Assembly (NCBI GenBank): GCA_016935235.1 | Contig: JAFGRJ010000024.1 | Span: forward strand, 1-48,559 | Source: Candidatus Cloacimonadota bacterium | GTDB taxonomy: Bacteria; Cloacimonadota; Cloacimonadia; Cloacimonadales; TCS61 | Length of the DNA: 48,559 nt | Reading direction: 5' to 3' | In this document: in pieces, positions 1 to 11,589 of the stretch | Position numbering within the stretch: the stretch's first letter is position 1 | How the letters are laid out: every line of letters begins with the position of its first letter | Program-made: the position numbers and the translations under genes | The notes under the pieces: generated by a model | What the model was told of the DNA's origin: nothing | Databases searched by the model: none | What the model saw: the letters and a program-made list of their open reading frames with translations, nothing else

Positions 1-101
1 AATCCTTGCAATTGGTAATTATAGATAAAATAATAAGGCAACTCAAGAGAAAATAAAAGAACATGGAAACGTTTGTATGAATTTTTAGCAAGGGTATTAT
101 A

Positions 102-2769
<2,668 letters not shown>

Positions 2770-2778
2770 GCTTATACC

Positions 2779-4278
2779 TTAGAATTTTTTCATGACTTTT
2801 TTACAGATCTCATGCATTTCTTCTTTAATTTCAGGTGTTATCTTGCTGGTGACCAGTTTATCCATGAAATCCTTATATTCCACATCTAATGTATGATACA
2901 TTTCTTCTTCCACTTTCCTGACATTTTCGACATTTACCTGGTCCAGATATCCTTCATTAGCCATGAATATTATCATCACTTGTTTTGCTACCGGTAGCGG
3001 AGAATATTGTGACTGTTTCAGTATTTCAACGATTCTTTCACCTCTGCGCAGCCTGTCCTGAGTTGCTTTGTCGAGGTCGGAGCCGAATTTGGCGAAAGCC
3101 TGCAATTCAAAATATTGTGCCAGGTCCAGCCTTAATTGTCCCGTTACCCCGCGCATGGATTTGAGTTGGGCGCTGCCACCTACCCGGGAGACAGAGAGTC
3201 CGGCATTGATTGCCGGTCTTATTCCGGAATAAAACAGGCGGCTGCCTAGATATATCTGACCATCGGTTATAGAGATGACATTAGTGGGAATATATGCCGT
3301 GATATCGTCGGCTTGAGTTTCTATTATGGGAAGGGCAGTGAGTGTTCCTCCTCCCAGTTCATCGTTTAATTTTGCAGCTCTTTCCAGTAAGCGCGAGTGC
3401 AGATAAAAAACATCTCCGGGATATGCTTCCCTTCCTGGTGGACGACGTAACAACAGGGAAAGTTCCCTGTAAGCCACAGCATGCTTGGAAAGATCATCAT
3501 AAATAATAAGGGCATGTTTACCATTATCCCGGAAATATTCACCCATGGTTGCTCCGGTATAAGGAGCCAGGTATTGCAAAGCAGCCGGCTCCGATGCTGT
3601 AGCTGAGACAACAATGGTGTAAGGCATGGCTCCGTGTGCTTCCAGTATCTTTACAATTTTAGCGACAGATGATTTTTTCTGTCCGACGGCGACATATATA
3701 CAGTAGACATCCGAATCTTTCTGGTTGATAATAGTATCGATGGCAATGGCGGTTTTACCTGTCTGACGGTCTCCGATGATGAGCTCACGTTGTCCGCGCC
3801 CGATGGGTATCATGGAATCGATAGATTTAAGGCCTGTTTGCAATGGTTCCTTCACCGGTTGCCTCTGAATAACACCCAGGGCTTTTCTTTCCACCGGCAT
3901 GAATTTTTCGGCTGTAATCTTTCCCTTTCCGTCTATGGGTTGACCCAGCGAATCAACCACCCGTCCCATCAGCGCTTCTCCAATCGGCACCTGCAGGATG
4001 TTACCGGTTCTCTTGGCAACATCGCCTTCCTTTATCTTACGAGTATCACCAAATAAGATACATCCTACATTATCTTCTTCCAGGTTAAGAGCCATCCCGA
4101 TTACTTTTCCGGGAAATTCCACCATCTCCCCCGCCATAACGTTCATAAGACCATATACTCTGGCGATACCATCTCCTACCTGGACAACCCTTCCGGTTTC
4201 GTTGATATCGATCTCAAATTTGAAATCATCAATCTTCTTCTTTAAAATTGCACTAATTTCATCTGGTTGAATTTTCAT
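2779..4278 (-). CDS. atpA: F1 ATP synthase alpha subunit
   Basis: 499 aa with Walker A GDRQTGKT. Overlaps atpH by 4 nt. Confidence 0.98.
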   Translation of the reverse strand: MKIQPDEISAILKKKIDDFKFEIDINETGRVVQVGDGIARVYGLMNVMAGEMVEFPGKVIGMALNLEEDNVGCILFGDTRKIKEGDVAKRTGNILQVPIGEALMGRVVDSLGQPIDGKGKITAEKFMPVERKALGVIQRQPVKEPLQTGLKSIDSMIPIGRGQRELIIGDRQTGKTAIAIDTIINQKDSDVYCIYVAVGQKKSSVAKIVKILEAHGAMPYTIVVSATASEPAALQYLAPYTGATMGEYFRDNGKHALIIYDDLSKHAVAYRELSLLLRRPPGREAYPGDVFYLHSRLLERAAKLNDELGGGTLTALPIIETQADDITAYIPTNVISITDGQIYLGSRLFYSGIRPAINAGLSVSRVGGSAQLKSMRGVTGQLRLDLAQYFELQAFAKFGSDLDKATQDRLRRGERIVEILKQSQYSPLPVAKQVMIIFMANEGYLDQVNVENVRKVEEEMYHTLDVEYKDFMDKLVTSKITPEIKEEMHEICKKVMKKF

Positions 4279-4820
4279 ATTTTCCCCTGAGGTATTGAAT
4301 TAATAAATTTCTGCAGATTGTGTGCTACGGTACCGTCGAAAGTAAGTATTCTGCTCTGGGCAATAAAACCACCGATAATGGAAGAATCAATATTAACATC
4401 CACAACTACCTGCTTTTCCAGGATCTTCTCTAGATAATCTACGATCTTCCTGATAACTTCTGCAGGTTGTTCTTTAGCCATCGTTAACTTAATAGCCTCC
4501 TTGTTCTGACTGGAAAGTATTATATTATTCATTTCAGAGAGGATATCATTTATGAGAATAAATTTATGTCTTCTGCTTAAAATCACAAACAGATTATGCC
4601 AGATTTTCTGCAGGGATGTTCCGGAGAGTATTTGCTTAAAAAGGAGTTCTCTTTCTGTGTGCGGGAAAATAAATGAATTTATTATTTTGATGTTCTCGTT
4701 TTGCTCTGAAAATACTTTCTGCAGAAATCGCAAATCTTTTGCCAGCTGGGAATACTTTTCCCCATGAATCAGATCAGTCACTGCCTTAGCATATCTTTTT
4801 GCCAGCAGGGCACTTTTCAA
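4275..4820 (-). CDS. atpH: ATP synthase delta (OSCP) subunit
   Basis: 181 aa with an OSCP-like pattern (LAKRYAKAV at the N-terminus, IGGF...DGTV at the C-terminus). Translationally coupled to atpF and atpA by 4-nt overlaps. Confidence 0.85.
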   Translation of the reverse strand: MKSALLAKRYAKAVTDLIHGEKYSQLAKDLRFLQKVFSEQNENIKIINSFIFPHTERELLFKQILSGTSLQKIWHNLFVILSRRHKFILINDILSEMNNIILSSQNKEAIKLTMAKEQPAEVIRKIVDYLEKILEKQVVVDVNIDSSIIGGFIAQSRILTFDGTVAHNLQKFINSIPQGKI

Positions 4821-5299
4821 TTCTTACTCCGTTTTTTGAGAAGATTCGCTATTGCTTCCCTGTCTTTTTTCGAATCCATTTTTTCGGATAGAAACTTACT
4901 GCTCAGATTGGCAATCATATCCGACATTTCATGCTCGATCTGGCTGATTGCTTTTTCTCTCTCGTGAGTAAGCTGCAGGTTGGTGTCCTTGATTATTTTC
5001 CTTTCATGTTCTTTTGCTTGAGTAAGAATTTCTTCTGCTTTTTTTTCCGCCTCTTTTTTTGCAGCCTTTTTCGTTTTTCTGATCTCGGCGGCAGACATAC
5101 GAAGATCTTTCTCCTTCTGTTCAACCATTTTCTGAGCTTCTTCTTTAGCTTTGCCGGCCTCTTTAATGTCCTGGGCTATTTTTTCACTGCGTTCCTGCAG
5201 AAATCTGTTTATTGGTTTGTAAAGAAGACGATTCAGTATTACCAGTAATACCAGAAAATTCAGAATGACGATGATCAGGGTGTAATCTATTGTAATCAT
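4817..5299 (-). CDS. atpF: Fo ATP synthase b subunit
   Basis: 160 aa. One N-terminal TM helix (IIVILNFLVLLVIL) is followed by a long Lys/Glu/Ala-rich helix. Sits in the canonical operon position. Confidence 0.88.
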   Translation of the reverse strand: MITIDYTLIIVILNFLVLLVILNRLLYKPINRFLQERSEKIAQDIKEAGKAKEEAQKMVEQKEKDLRMSAAEIRKTKKAAKKEAEKKAEEILTQAKEHERKIIKDTNLQLTHEREKAISQIEHEMSDMIANLSSKFLSEKMDSKKDREAIANLLKKRSKN

Positions 5300-5332
5300 A
5301 TTAAGTTCCTGACTATCATACTGTTGATTATA

Positions 5333-5581
5333 TTAAGTTGAGAATATGAGCAGTAAAGCAATAACCAGCGAATAGATACCGGTTGACTCGGAGACAGCCT
5401 GTCCAACCAGCATAGTTCTGGTGATCAAGCTGGCGTTTTCTGGTGATCTGGCGATACCTTCACATGCTTTCCCGGCCACAAAACCTTCTCCTACACCTGG
5501 TCCAAGAGCTCCGATTCCCATGCAGATACCTGCACCAAGCAGAGCTGCGGCTCTCGCGATAAATTCCATTTTATCCTCCAT
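5333..5581 (-). CDS. atpE: Fo ATP synthase c subunit, single hairpin, Na+-type binding signature
   Basis: 82 aa. Gly-rich helix 1 ([18 protein letters not shown]), loop ARSPE, and helix 2 [14 protein letters not shown], which is nearly identical to the Ilyobacter tartaricus [14 protein letters not shown]. Confidence 0.95.
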   Translation of the reverse strand: MEDKMEFIARAAALLGAGICMGIGALGPGVGEGFVAGKACEGIARSPENASLITRTMLVGQAVSESTGIYSLVIALLLIFST

Positions 5582-5590
5582 TTTTGATCT

Positions 5591-6343
5591 TCATATGGCA
5601 AACAACAATAAAAAAGATATAACCAGCGCATATATGGCAGTGGATTCAGAGACTGCTGCCCCCAGAAACATCGTTCTCATGATGCTGGGTCGCTGGTCAG
5701 GAAATCTTCCTATCATATCACTGGCCCTTCCTGCTACATTACCGATGCCCACTCCCGGTCCTAAAGTGCCTAATCCGATTGATAGGCCTGCACCCAGCAA
5801 GGAAACGGATTTCGCAACGATATGGCCGAGGGAAGCATCTCTAGGTTGCAGTGGAGTTGAGTAAAGCAAAAGCAGAGCCACGACCAGAGAAAAGATTGAT
5901 GAGGTTTGAGCAAGTGCCTGGCCAATTAGCATATTTCCCATTATAGCGTTGCCATGCTTAGGCATTCTGCCAATGGACTTGCAGGCCTGACCGCCGGTGT
6001 AACCTGAACCAAGAACAGGACCGATAGAACCAAACCCTATAGCTATACCTGCGGCAAGCATTGCAGCAAATCTGTATAATCCACCCGCAGCAACATCGAA
6101 ACCACCGAAAAGGAGCAGTAAGGATATCACCAGGGAAAATATCCCCCCGGTTTCCGTAACCGCCTGACCGATAAACATATTACGAAAAATCAGATCACCA
6201 GCCTTAGGTTGCTTCATCATGGCATAGGATGCTTCCCCGGCTATATAGCCTACCCCTACCCCGGAGGTAACAGAGGCAATACTTACACTGATCCCGGCTC
6301 CTATATAGGCAGCGACTTGGATGATTTCACGGGTTATTTCCAT
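5591..6343 (-). CDS. Fused triple-hairpin (six-TM) c-subunit-like proteolipid of the F-type ATP synthase
   Basis: 250-aa uninterrupted ORF between atpB (3-nt gap) and atpE (9-nt gap). It contains three tandem c-subunit hairpins, each with a Gly-rich helix 1, a polar loop with Pro (KQP, RMP, RFP) and a helix 2. The carboxylate codons are GAA at 6152-6154 (E64) and 5645-5647 (E233). The middle hairpin has CAA (Q146) at 5906-5908. Confidence 0.85.
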   Translation of the reverse strand: MEITREIIQVAAYIGAGISVSIASVTSGVGVGYIAGEASYAMMKQPKAGDLIFRNMFIGQAVTETGGIFSLVISLLLLFGGFDVAAGGLYRFAAMLAAGIAIGFGSIGPVLGSGYTGGQACKSIGRMPKHGNAIMGNMLIGQALAQTSSIFSLVVALLLLYSTPLQPRDASLGHIVAKSVSLLGAGLSIGLGTLGPGVGIGNVAGRASDMIGRFPDQRPSIMRTMFLGAAVSESTAIYALVISFLLLFAI

Positions 6344-6346
6344 TTT

Positions 6347-7255
6347 CTACTCTGTAATCTCTGCACCGATATAGGTTAACGCTAGCATGGTAAAAACAAA
6401 GGATTGGATGGTTCCGACAAAAATACCGAAAAAAAGATTCAATCCAATGGGGAGAACCACAAACTTTACCAGAGAAGATACAACCAGCATGATGATAGCT
6501 CCTCCCAAAATATTGCCAAAAAGGCGGAAAGAAATGGAGACAGCTTTAGAAAGCTCTCCTACCATGTTCAGAGGTGCCAGAAAGGGCAGGGGTTCAAAAA
6601 ACCCCTTGAACCATTTCCAAAAACCCTTGATTCTTATACCCAGAATATGAACCAGAGATACAGCCATTATTCCAAGCCCCAAGGGGACATTCAGGTTTCT
6701 GGTTGGTTCTATGAATCCGGGAATCGGGACAATACCAATCATGTTACAGGTCCAGATGAATATAAACAGCGTGACCACGTAAGGAGTAAAATTAACCCTT
6801 TCCTCACCCAGTGTGTCCTTGACAAAATCTTCAAAAAATTTATATAAAAGTTCGAAAAGCACCTGGGGTTTGCTGGGTTTTTTAAAAAGGTGTCTTCGAA
6901 CAAGTAGAGATATGGAGATGAGAATACAGTTGACAATGAAAAGCATTCTTAAAAGCTGAAAAGAACTTAGAGCATTTTTTTCACCGAAAACTTCCCTGAA
7001 AAAGTTATAAAGTCTCTCACTTCCATATATTTCGGGAAGTTCATCTTCCTCCTGTAGATATCTGTCTGGCTGGAAATCCTCTGTTATTTTCTTCTGCAGA
7101 TCGTAGGTTTTTTCCACATTACGTAGATAAAAACGGCCATTTTCAAACCCAATCTGCAAGGCTCTGTTCAATCCGCCCGAAACCAAAACCAGCATGATTT
7201 CTAAAACCAGCAAAACCAGCAACAACTTACGTGTTGCTATCCTTTTTTCAGCCAT
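6347..7255 (-). CDS. atpB: Fo ATP synthase a subunit
   Basis: 302-aa polytopic protein with the stator Arg in SFRLFGNILGG. Carries an N-terminal extension of roughly 100 aa relative to typical a subunits. Confidence 0.92.
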   Translation of the reverse strand: MAEKRIATRKLLLVLLVLEIMLVLVSGGLNRALQIGFENGRFYLRNVEKTYDLQKKITEDFQPDRYLQEEDELPEIYGSERLYNFFREVFGEKNALSSFQLLRMLFIVNCILISISLLVRRHLFKKPSKPQVLFELLYKFFEDFVKDTLGEERVNFTPYVVTLFIFIWTCNMIGIVPIPGFIEPTRNLNVPLGLGIMAVSLVHILGIRIKGFWKWFKGFFEPLPFLAPLNMVGELSKAVSISFRLFGNILGGAIIMLVVSSLVKFVVLPIGLNLFFGIFVGTIQSFVFTMLALTYIGAEITE

Positions 7256-7637
7256 TGTTACCCCTGAAATATCCGCTTTTCTTCAGGTAGTAAAAAAGTT
7301 CTATGACGTAGATGGAAATCTGAACGGAAAGAAGTCCAAGTCCAAAGAAAAGAATGTCTGGCTTGATAAATTTTACTACTATTATCGAATACACTATTAA
7401 AAGGATGAAACTGATATAGTATCCCTTAATAGCGTTTACTTTCGCTCTGTATTGACCAGCTTCCAGGCTATTTTTCATGGAACGGGCAAGCCAGAACATC
7501 CTTGCGACTGCCGCCAGAGAACCCAGTATCCAGCCTAAAGACCTAGAAAAAAACAACGGCAATGTCAGGAAGGCGGATATGTTTGTCAAGCAAATAATAA
7601 CTAATATTTTCCGCAGGTATTTATTGATATTCATCAA
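7248..7637 (-). CDS. atpI: ATP synthase protein I-like membrane protein
   Basis: 129 aa with about 4 TM segments. Lies immediately upstream of atpB with an 8-nt overlap. Called on position and topology only. Confidence 0.6.
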   Translation of the reverse strand: MMNINKYLRKILVIICLTNISAFLTLPLFFSRSLGWILGSLAAVARMFWLARSMKNSLEAGQYRAKVNAIKGYYISFILLIVYSIIVVKFIKPDILFFGLGLLSVQISIYVIELFYYLKKSGYFRGNNG

Positions 7638-7667
7638 ATATTTTTTATTAAAATTATTTTATAATAA

Positions 7668-7904
7668 TTAATATTTTAAAACTTTCTTCAGAAACCTGTA
7701 GGAACTCCAGAAAGCGCTGATGATCCCTAAAATGATACCGAATAACAGTAAAATTCCACCGCTGTGGAATTTCCTGTCTAGGAACAGAAAAAGCAGGAAA
7801 AAGAAAAGTATGGAAAACGCTGCTATGAATCCCAGTTGAGTAATGATCACCAGGTATTTGAGGATTTCATTATTTTGTTTTTGTTTCGGTTCTGTCAGCT
7901 TCAT
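7668..7904 (-). CDS. AtpZ/AtpI-family small membrane protein
   Basis: 78 aa with two TM helices and an LDRKF...GIILGI pattern, as in AtpZ-type proteins found upstream of atp operons. The only ATG start overlaps the bactofilin 3' end by 35 nt, so the start is uncertain (an alternative GTG lies at 7850). Confidence 0.55.
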   Translation of the reverse strand: MKLTEPKQKQNNEILKYLVIITQLGFIAAFSILFFFLLFLFLDRKFHSGGILLLFGIILGIISAFWSSYRFLKKVLKY

Positions 7905-8280
7905 GTTTGGGCAAGAAGGTTGTTTGTTTGATAACTGGACTCTTTCCGCTCATAGAACTATTGCCATTAAAGACAGCCCCTGCGTTTATTTTGACTGTCT
8001 TGGCGGTAATGTCACCGCTGAGGTTAGCAGTTTTATCCAGTTCCAGTGCTTCATTTACAGAGACGTTGCCGGAGACTTTTCCGGCAATCAGGCATTCCTG
8101 AGCTTTGATATTAGCTTTAGCATTTCCCGTGGCGCCGATTGTTACAAATCCGGTTGATTCGATCTCTCCTTCTATGTCACCGTCTATTCTAACACCGCCG
8201 TCGACTTTCAGGGTACCGGATATTTTGCTTCCTCTGCCGATTATGGTAGATAATTCAACATTTTTGTTTCTTGTCATCAT
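7870..8280 (-). CDS. Bactofilin (polymer-forming cytoskeletal protein, DUF583 type)
   Basis: 136 aa with a repetitive beta-helix pattern (GTLKVDGGVRIDGDIEGEI, GKVSGNVSV, LSGDITAKTVKINAGAVFNG) and a charged disordered tail. Confidence 0.85.
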   Translation of the reverse strand: MMTRNKNVELSTIIGRGSKISGTLKVDGGVRIDGDIEGEIESTGFVTIGATGNAKANIKAQECLIAGKVSGNVSVNEALELDKTANLSGDITAKTVKINAGAVFNGNSSMSGKSPVIKQTTFLPKHEADRTETKTK

Positions 8281-8290
8281 AACCTCTTTT

Positions 8291-8968
8291 TCAGTTTATT
8301 TTTAAAATATTTTCCGGATTGATATTGATCTGGTTAAGCAATATTTCAAAATGGAGGTGAGGAGCAGAGCTGTTGCCGGTATCTCCCACCAGCCCAATAA
8401 TATTTCCTTTACCAACCATATCGCCTTTTTTAACCAGGATTTTAGCAAGATGGGCATATTTGGTTGAATAAGTATTCAAATGGTCTATCTGGATGACATT
8501 TCCAAAATATTTATCTATATATGTTTGGCTGATGATGCCAGCAGCTGCTGCAACTACTTCTGTTCCCAGAGAAGCAGCGAAATCGAGTCCCTGATGTTTT
8601 TCATTGAAGCGCTGACTGATTATATACTCGCCCTGAACGGGTAATAAATCCGGAATGAACATCTGTTCTTTCTTCAGAGAGTCCTGCCTGCTGGCAATGT
8701 CAACACCCGTGGTGGTCATCGGTTCCTGTGCCTTGTTGTTAAGGCGGTTCAGATAGTCATCGAGAAGATTTCTCAGACGTTCTTCCTTACTGATGATTTT
8801 CATGTTATCCGAATCAACCTGTGATTTCAGCTTTTCAATATAGAGATTGGAAGCTTCTATTTCCTGCTCCAGCTGCTCTATCATATATGTCAGGTTGTTA
8901 TTTCGCAGATAAAGAATTAGAGCAATAATAAAGAAAACTGCTAGCAGCAGAAAAAGATACTTATTCAT
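8291..8968 (-). CDS. M23/LytM-family peptidase with N-terminal TM anchor and coiled coil
   Basis: I chose the internal ATG at 8968 ([13 protein letters not shown]...), which overlaps the parB stop in ATGAATAA. TM helix, then a coiled coil (EQLEQEIEASNLYIEKLKSQ), then intact metal motifs HQGLD and PHLHFE. Confidence 0.85.
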   Translation of the reverse strand: MNKYLFLLLAVFFIIALILYLRNNNLTYMIEQLEQEIEASNLYIEKLKSQVDSDNMKIISKEERLRNLLDDYLNRLNNKAQEPMTTTGVDIASRQDSLKKEQMFIPDLLPVQGEYIISQRFNEKHQGLDFAASLGTEVVAAAAGIISQTYIDKYFGNVIQIDHLNTYSTKYAHLAKILVKKGDMVGKGNIIGLVGDTGNSSAPHLHFEILLNQININPENILKIN

Positions 8969-9818
8969 GACAGGTTTCCAGTTCCTTGACCAGCGAGTAA
9001 AATTCCTTCCTGGTTTTGTAATATATAGAGATTTTTCCTTTCTGGTTTCTGTCAAGGATCTTAACTCTGGTACCAAAGATCCGGGCAAGTTTATGCTCAT
9101 AATCCAGAATGGCTTGAGGTATCGGTTTAGGTTTGGTTTTGGATTGTATGTCTCCTCTTGCATTGATCTTACGCGCCTCGATTTCAGTTTTACGAACTGA
9201 AAAACCATTCTTTTCAACCAGGTCACAAAATTGTTCCTGCAGTTTTTCATCTACTTGAAGAATGGCCCTGGCATGTCCTGGTGATATTTTTTCCTCCAAT
9301 AATTTTCTCTGGATTTTATTACTCAGTTTTAAAAGCCGGATAATATTGGTGATGGTTACACGGTCTTTACCAACGATTTCGGATATCTGGGAATGGGTCA
9401 GGTTGAATTCGTCATGGAGCTGCTGATAGGCTTTTGCTTCTTCGATGGCATTGAGGTCTTCCCGCTGGACGTTTTCGATGATGGCATACTGCAGTTGTTC
9501 CCGGGGAGTAACGTTGCGAATTATAACAGGTACTTCCTCAAAACCGGCCAGTCTTGCCGCTTCAAGTCTTCTCTCTCCTGCGATTATCTCATATATCAGA
9601 TCATCTTTGCGGGTCACGATTATGGGTTGAATAATACCGTTTTCCTTGAGTGAATCAGCAAGTTCTTGCAGTTTCTGTGGATCAAAGTTTTGCCTGGGTT
9701 GAAAATGGTTGGGGATGATGTTCTCAGTTTTCAAGGTTGTTATCCCGGTGGCTCTGTCCATAGATTCGGGACCTGTTCTGATAAGGGCTTCTAATCCTCT
9801 TCCTAATTTGGTATTCAT
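8961..9818 (-). CDS. parB: Chromosome partitioning protein ParB/Spo0J
   Basis: 285 aa with the N-terminal [10 protein letters not shown], the ParB box [12 protein letters not shown] and an HTH ([16 protein letters not shown]). Overlaps parA by 4 nt. Confidence 0.95.
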   Translation of the reverse strand: MNTKLGRGLEALIRTGPESMDRATGITTLKTENIIPNHFQPRQNFDPQKLQELADSLKENGIIQPIIVTRKDDLIYEIIAGERRLEAARLAGFEEVPVIIRNVTPREQLQYAIIENVQREDLNAIEEAKAYQQLHDEFNLTHSQISEIVGKDRVTITNIIRLLKLSNKIQRKLLEEKISPGHARAILQVDEKLQEQFCDLVEKNGFSVRKTEIEARKINARGDIQSKTKPKPIPQAILDYEHKLARIFGTRVKILDRNQKGKISIYYKTRKEFYSLVKELETCHE

Positions 9819-10570
9819 CTTGATATAACTTCCTTTGCAAAATCGAGGTAATTCTTGGCACCGATGGATTTGATATCATAATGGAAAATCGATTTGCCAA
9901 AACTGGGGGATTCGGTAATTTTGACATTGCGTTGTATGATTGTATCAAAGACCTTTTCCTGAAAATATCTTCTTACTTCCTTGGCTACCTGTTGAGCAAG
10001 ATTCAGACGTTTATCGTACATGGTCAATAAAACCCCCAAGATGTTCAGTTCAGGATTGAGGCTTTTCTTGATCAGGCGGATAGTTGTCAGGAGTTGACTT
10101 ACACCCTCCAGAGCATAATATTCACACTGAATGGGAATCAAAACGTCAGTACAGGCGGTAAGTGCATTCACAGTGAGCAAACCCAGAGATGGAGGGCAGT
10201 CAATAAGTATATATTCATATTCGTCAATAACAGGTTCCAGGGCTTGTTTGAGTTTTGATTCTCTGGAGTATTCTTTTACCAGCTCGATTTCTGCACCAGT
10301 GAGATCCATATTGGAAGTTACAATATGCAGTTTGTCGAGAATCCGTGAAGGTTTGATGATATCTTTAACAGAGACTTTTCCGATAAGAGCATCATAGATA
10401 TTGGGATTGTCATGTTCCAAACCAATGCCACTGGAGGTATTTGCCTGAGGATCAAAATCCACCAGCAGGGTCTTCTTTTCATAGATAGCCATTGCCGAAG
10501 CAAGGTTAATGGCAGTAGTGGTTTTACCTACACCGCCTTTCTGATTTACGATCGTTATCACTCTTGCCAT
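9815..10570 (-). CDS. parA: Chromosome partitioning ATPase ParA/Soj
   Basis: 251 aa with the deviant Walker [12 protein letters not shown] and the DCPPSLG motif. Confidence 0.95.
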   Translation of the reverse strand: MARVITIVNQKGGVGKTTTAINLASAMAIYEKKTLLVDFDPQANTSSGIGLEHDNPNIYDALIGKVSVKDIIKPSRILDKLHIVTSNMDLTGAEIELVKEYSRESKLKQALEPVIDEYEYILIDCPPSLGLLTVNALTACTDVLIPIQCEYYALEGVSQLLTTIRLIKKSLNPELNILGVLLTMYDKRLNLAQQVAKEVRRYFQEKVFDTIIQRNVKITESPSFGKSIFHYDIKSIGAKNYLDFAKEVISR

Positions 10571-10574
10571 AATT

Positions 10575-11174
10575 TTAACTGACTTTTATCTCCAATAGGT
10601 TTCTTGTTCCCAGAGCCGGGTGGTTAAAAGCGTATGCTTTTACCTGCGCAGGTATCCCGACAACCTCGACCTCTGTACCCCTGTAAAGATAAACATGGCC
10701 CCCCCTTCTCAGGAGTCGAGTCATTGTGAAATAATATTCCGGTGTGATTCTGACGGAACGCGATAAAAGGGCATCAAAATAACCATTCCACTCAGAGTCA
10801 AGCTTTTCAAGCCGTGAAACAATCGTGAAACACCCGTTTAAGTCAAGTTTTTTGATTATATTTTTTACAAACAGGATTTTCCTGGCAGTTGCATCGAGAA
10901 GATAAAACTTGCTGTCAGGGAAGATAATTTTCAGGGGTATGCCAGGAAGACCTCCTCCGGTACCGAAATCAAGGACAGCCTTATTATTAAGTTCCAGTAC
11001 AGCCGCTGGCAATATGCAATCAAGGTAATGACGGGTCCAGAATTCATTAACAGGAGTTTTCCGGGAGATCAGGTTAACTTTTTGATTGGCTGATACAAGT
11101 AGAGTATGGAATTGTTCAAAGGATCTCAATATGCTGGGATAGTCTTCCTGATAATGTTTTTTTAAATAATTCAT
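10575..11174 (-). CDS. rsmG: 16S rRNA (guanine527-N7)-methyltransferase RsmG/GidB
   Basis: SAM motif [15 protein letters not shown] and the RHYLD motif. The track ORF runs to 11270, but its first 32 codons are hydrophobic and atypical for this enzyme. ATGs at 11174 or 11192 give a normal length of about 200 aa. Confidence 0.85.
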   Translation of the reverse strand: MNYLKKHYQEDYPSILRSFEQFHTLLVSANQKVNLISRKTPVNEFWTRHYLDCILPAAVLELNNKAVLDFGTGGGLPGIPLKIIFPDSKFYLLDATARKILFVKNIIKKLDLNGCFTIVSRLEKLDSEWNGYFDALLSRSVRITPEYYFTMTRLLRRGGHVYLYRGTEVEVVGIPAQVKAYAFNHPALGTRNLLEIKVS

Positions 11175-11316
11175 AAAATATTCTTTATGCATTAGGGAAA
11201 AAATCAACACAGGCAGCAATATGTCAAGGATGCCATGATAAAATAAATTAATAATTTGACAATAACCCATTCATGCAGCTAAATGCAATGAATTAAAGGA
11301 TAATCTGGATGGAACA

Positions 11317-11589
11317 ATGAAAACAATTGAGATATATGTTTCCGGAAGGGTACAGGGTGTTTGTTATCGATATTTTGCCCTGGACAAGGCTAATGAATAT
11401 GGCATAGTTGGTAATGTACGTAATCTCAGGGATGGTCGGGTGAAGATTATAGCCCGTGCTGACGCGAGTTCTCTGGAGCTGTTTTTGAGTGCTTTGCGAC
11501 AAGGACCAGCATTAGCCCGGATCGATAATATCGAGATGTCTGAAATAATATCCGGGGAGAGTTTTCAGGGATTCAGGATTGAATATTAG
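11317..11589 (+). CDS. acyP: Acylphosphatase
   Basis: 90 aa with the signature VSGRVQGVCYR and NxxDGRV. Confidence 0.85.
   Translation: MKTIEIYVSGRVQGVCYRYFALDKANEYGIVGNVRNLRDGRVKIIARADASSLELFLSALRQGPALARIDNIEMSEIISGESFQGFRIEY

Noticed and set aside
7870-7904. 35-nt overlap of the bactofilin 3' end with the atpZ start, as a possible programmed coupling or mis-called gene.
   Set aside because: It is probably only start-codon uncertainty for a 78-aa membrane protein (an in-frame GTG lies at 7850). Nothing else here is unusual.
8969-9250. The track ORF for the M23 peptidase extends 94 codons further upstream (to 9250), overlapping the 3' third of parB in another frame.
   Set aside because: The extension has no signal or TM logic and an odd composition. 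The internal ATG at 8968 gives a normal TM-anchored protein and the classic ATGAATAA stop/start overlap with parB. The extension is most likely just an open alternative frame.
11175-11270. Long form of rsmG with a hydrophobic 32-aa N-terminal extension.
   Set aside because: RsmG is a soluble enzyme of about 200 aa. From the ATG at 11174 (or 11192) the conserved motifs sit at the normal distance from the N-terminus. None of the three candidate starts has an RBS to favour it, so the longest ORF is not preferred.
10575-11316. A replication origin (DnaA-box cluster) next to rsmG-parAB.
   Set aside because: I found no cluster of TTATCCACA-like boxes. The only single 8/9 match (GTATCCACA, about 28109-28117) lies far away inside a coding region. 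dnaA and dnaN are not in the window.
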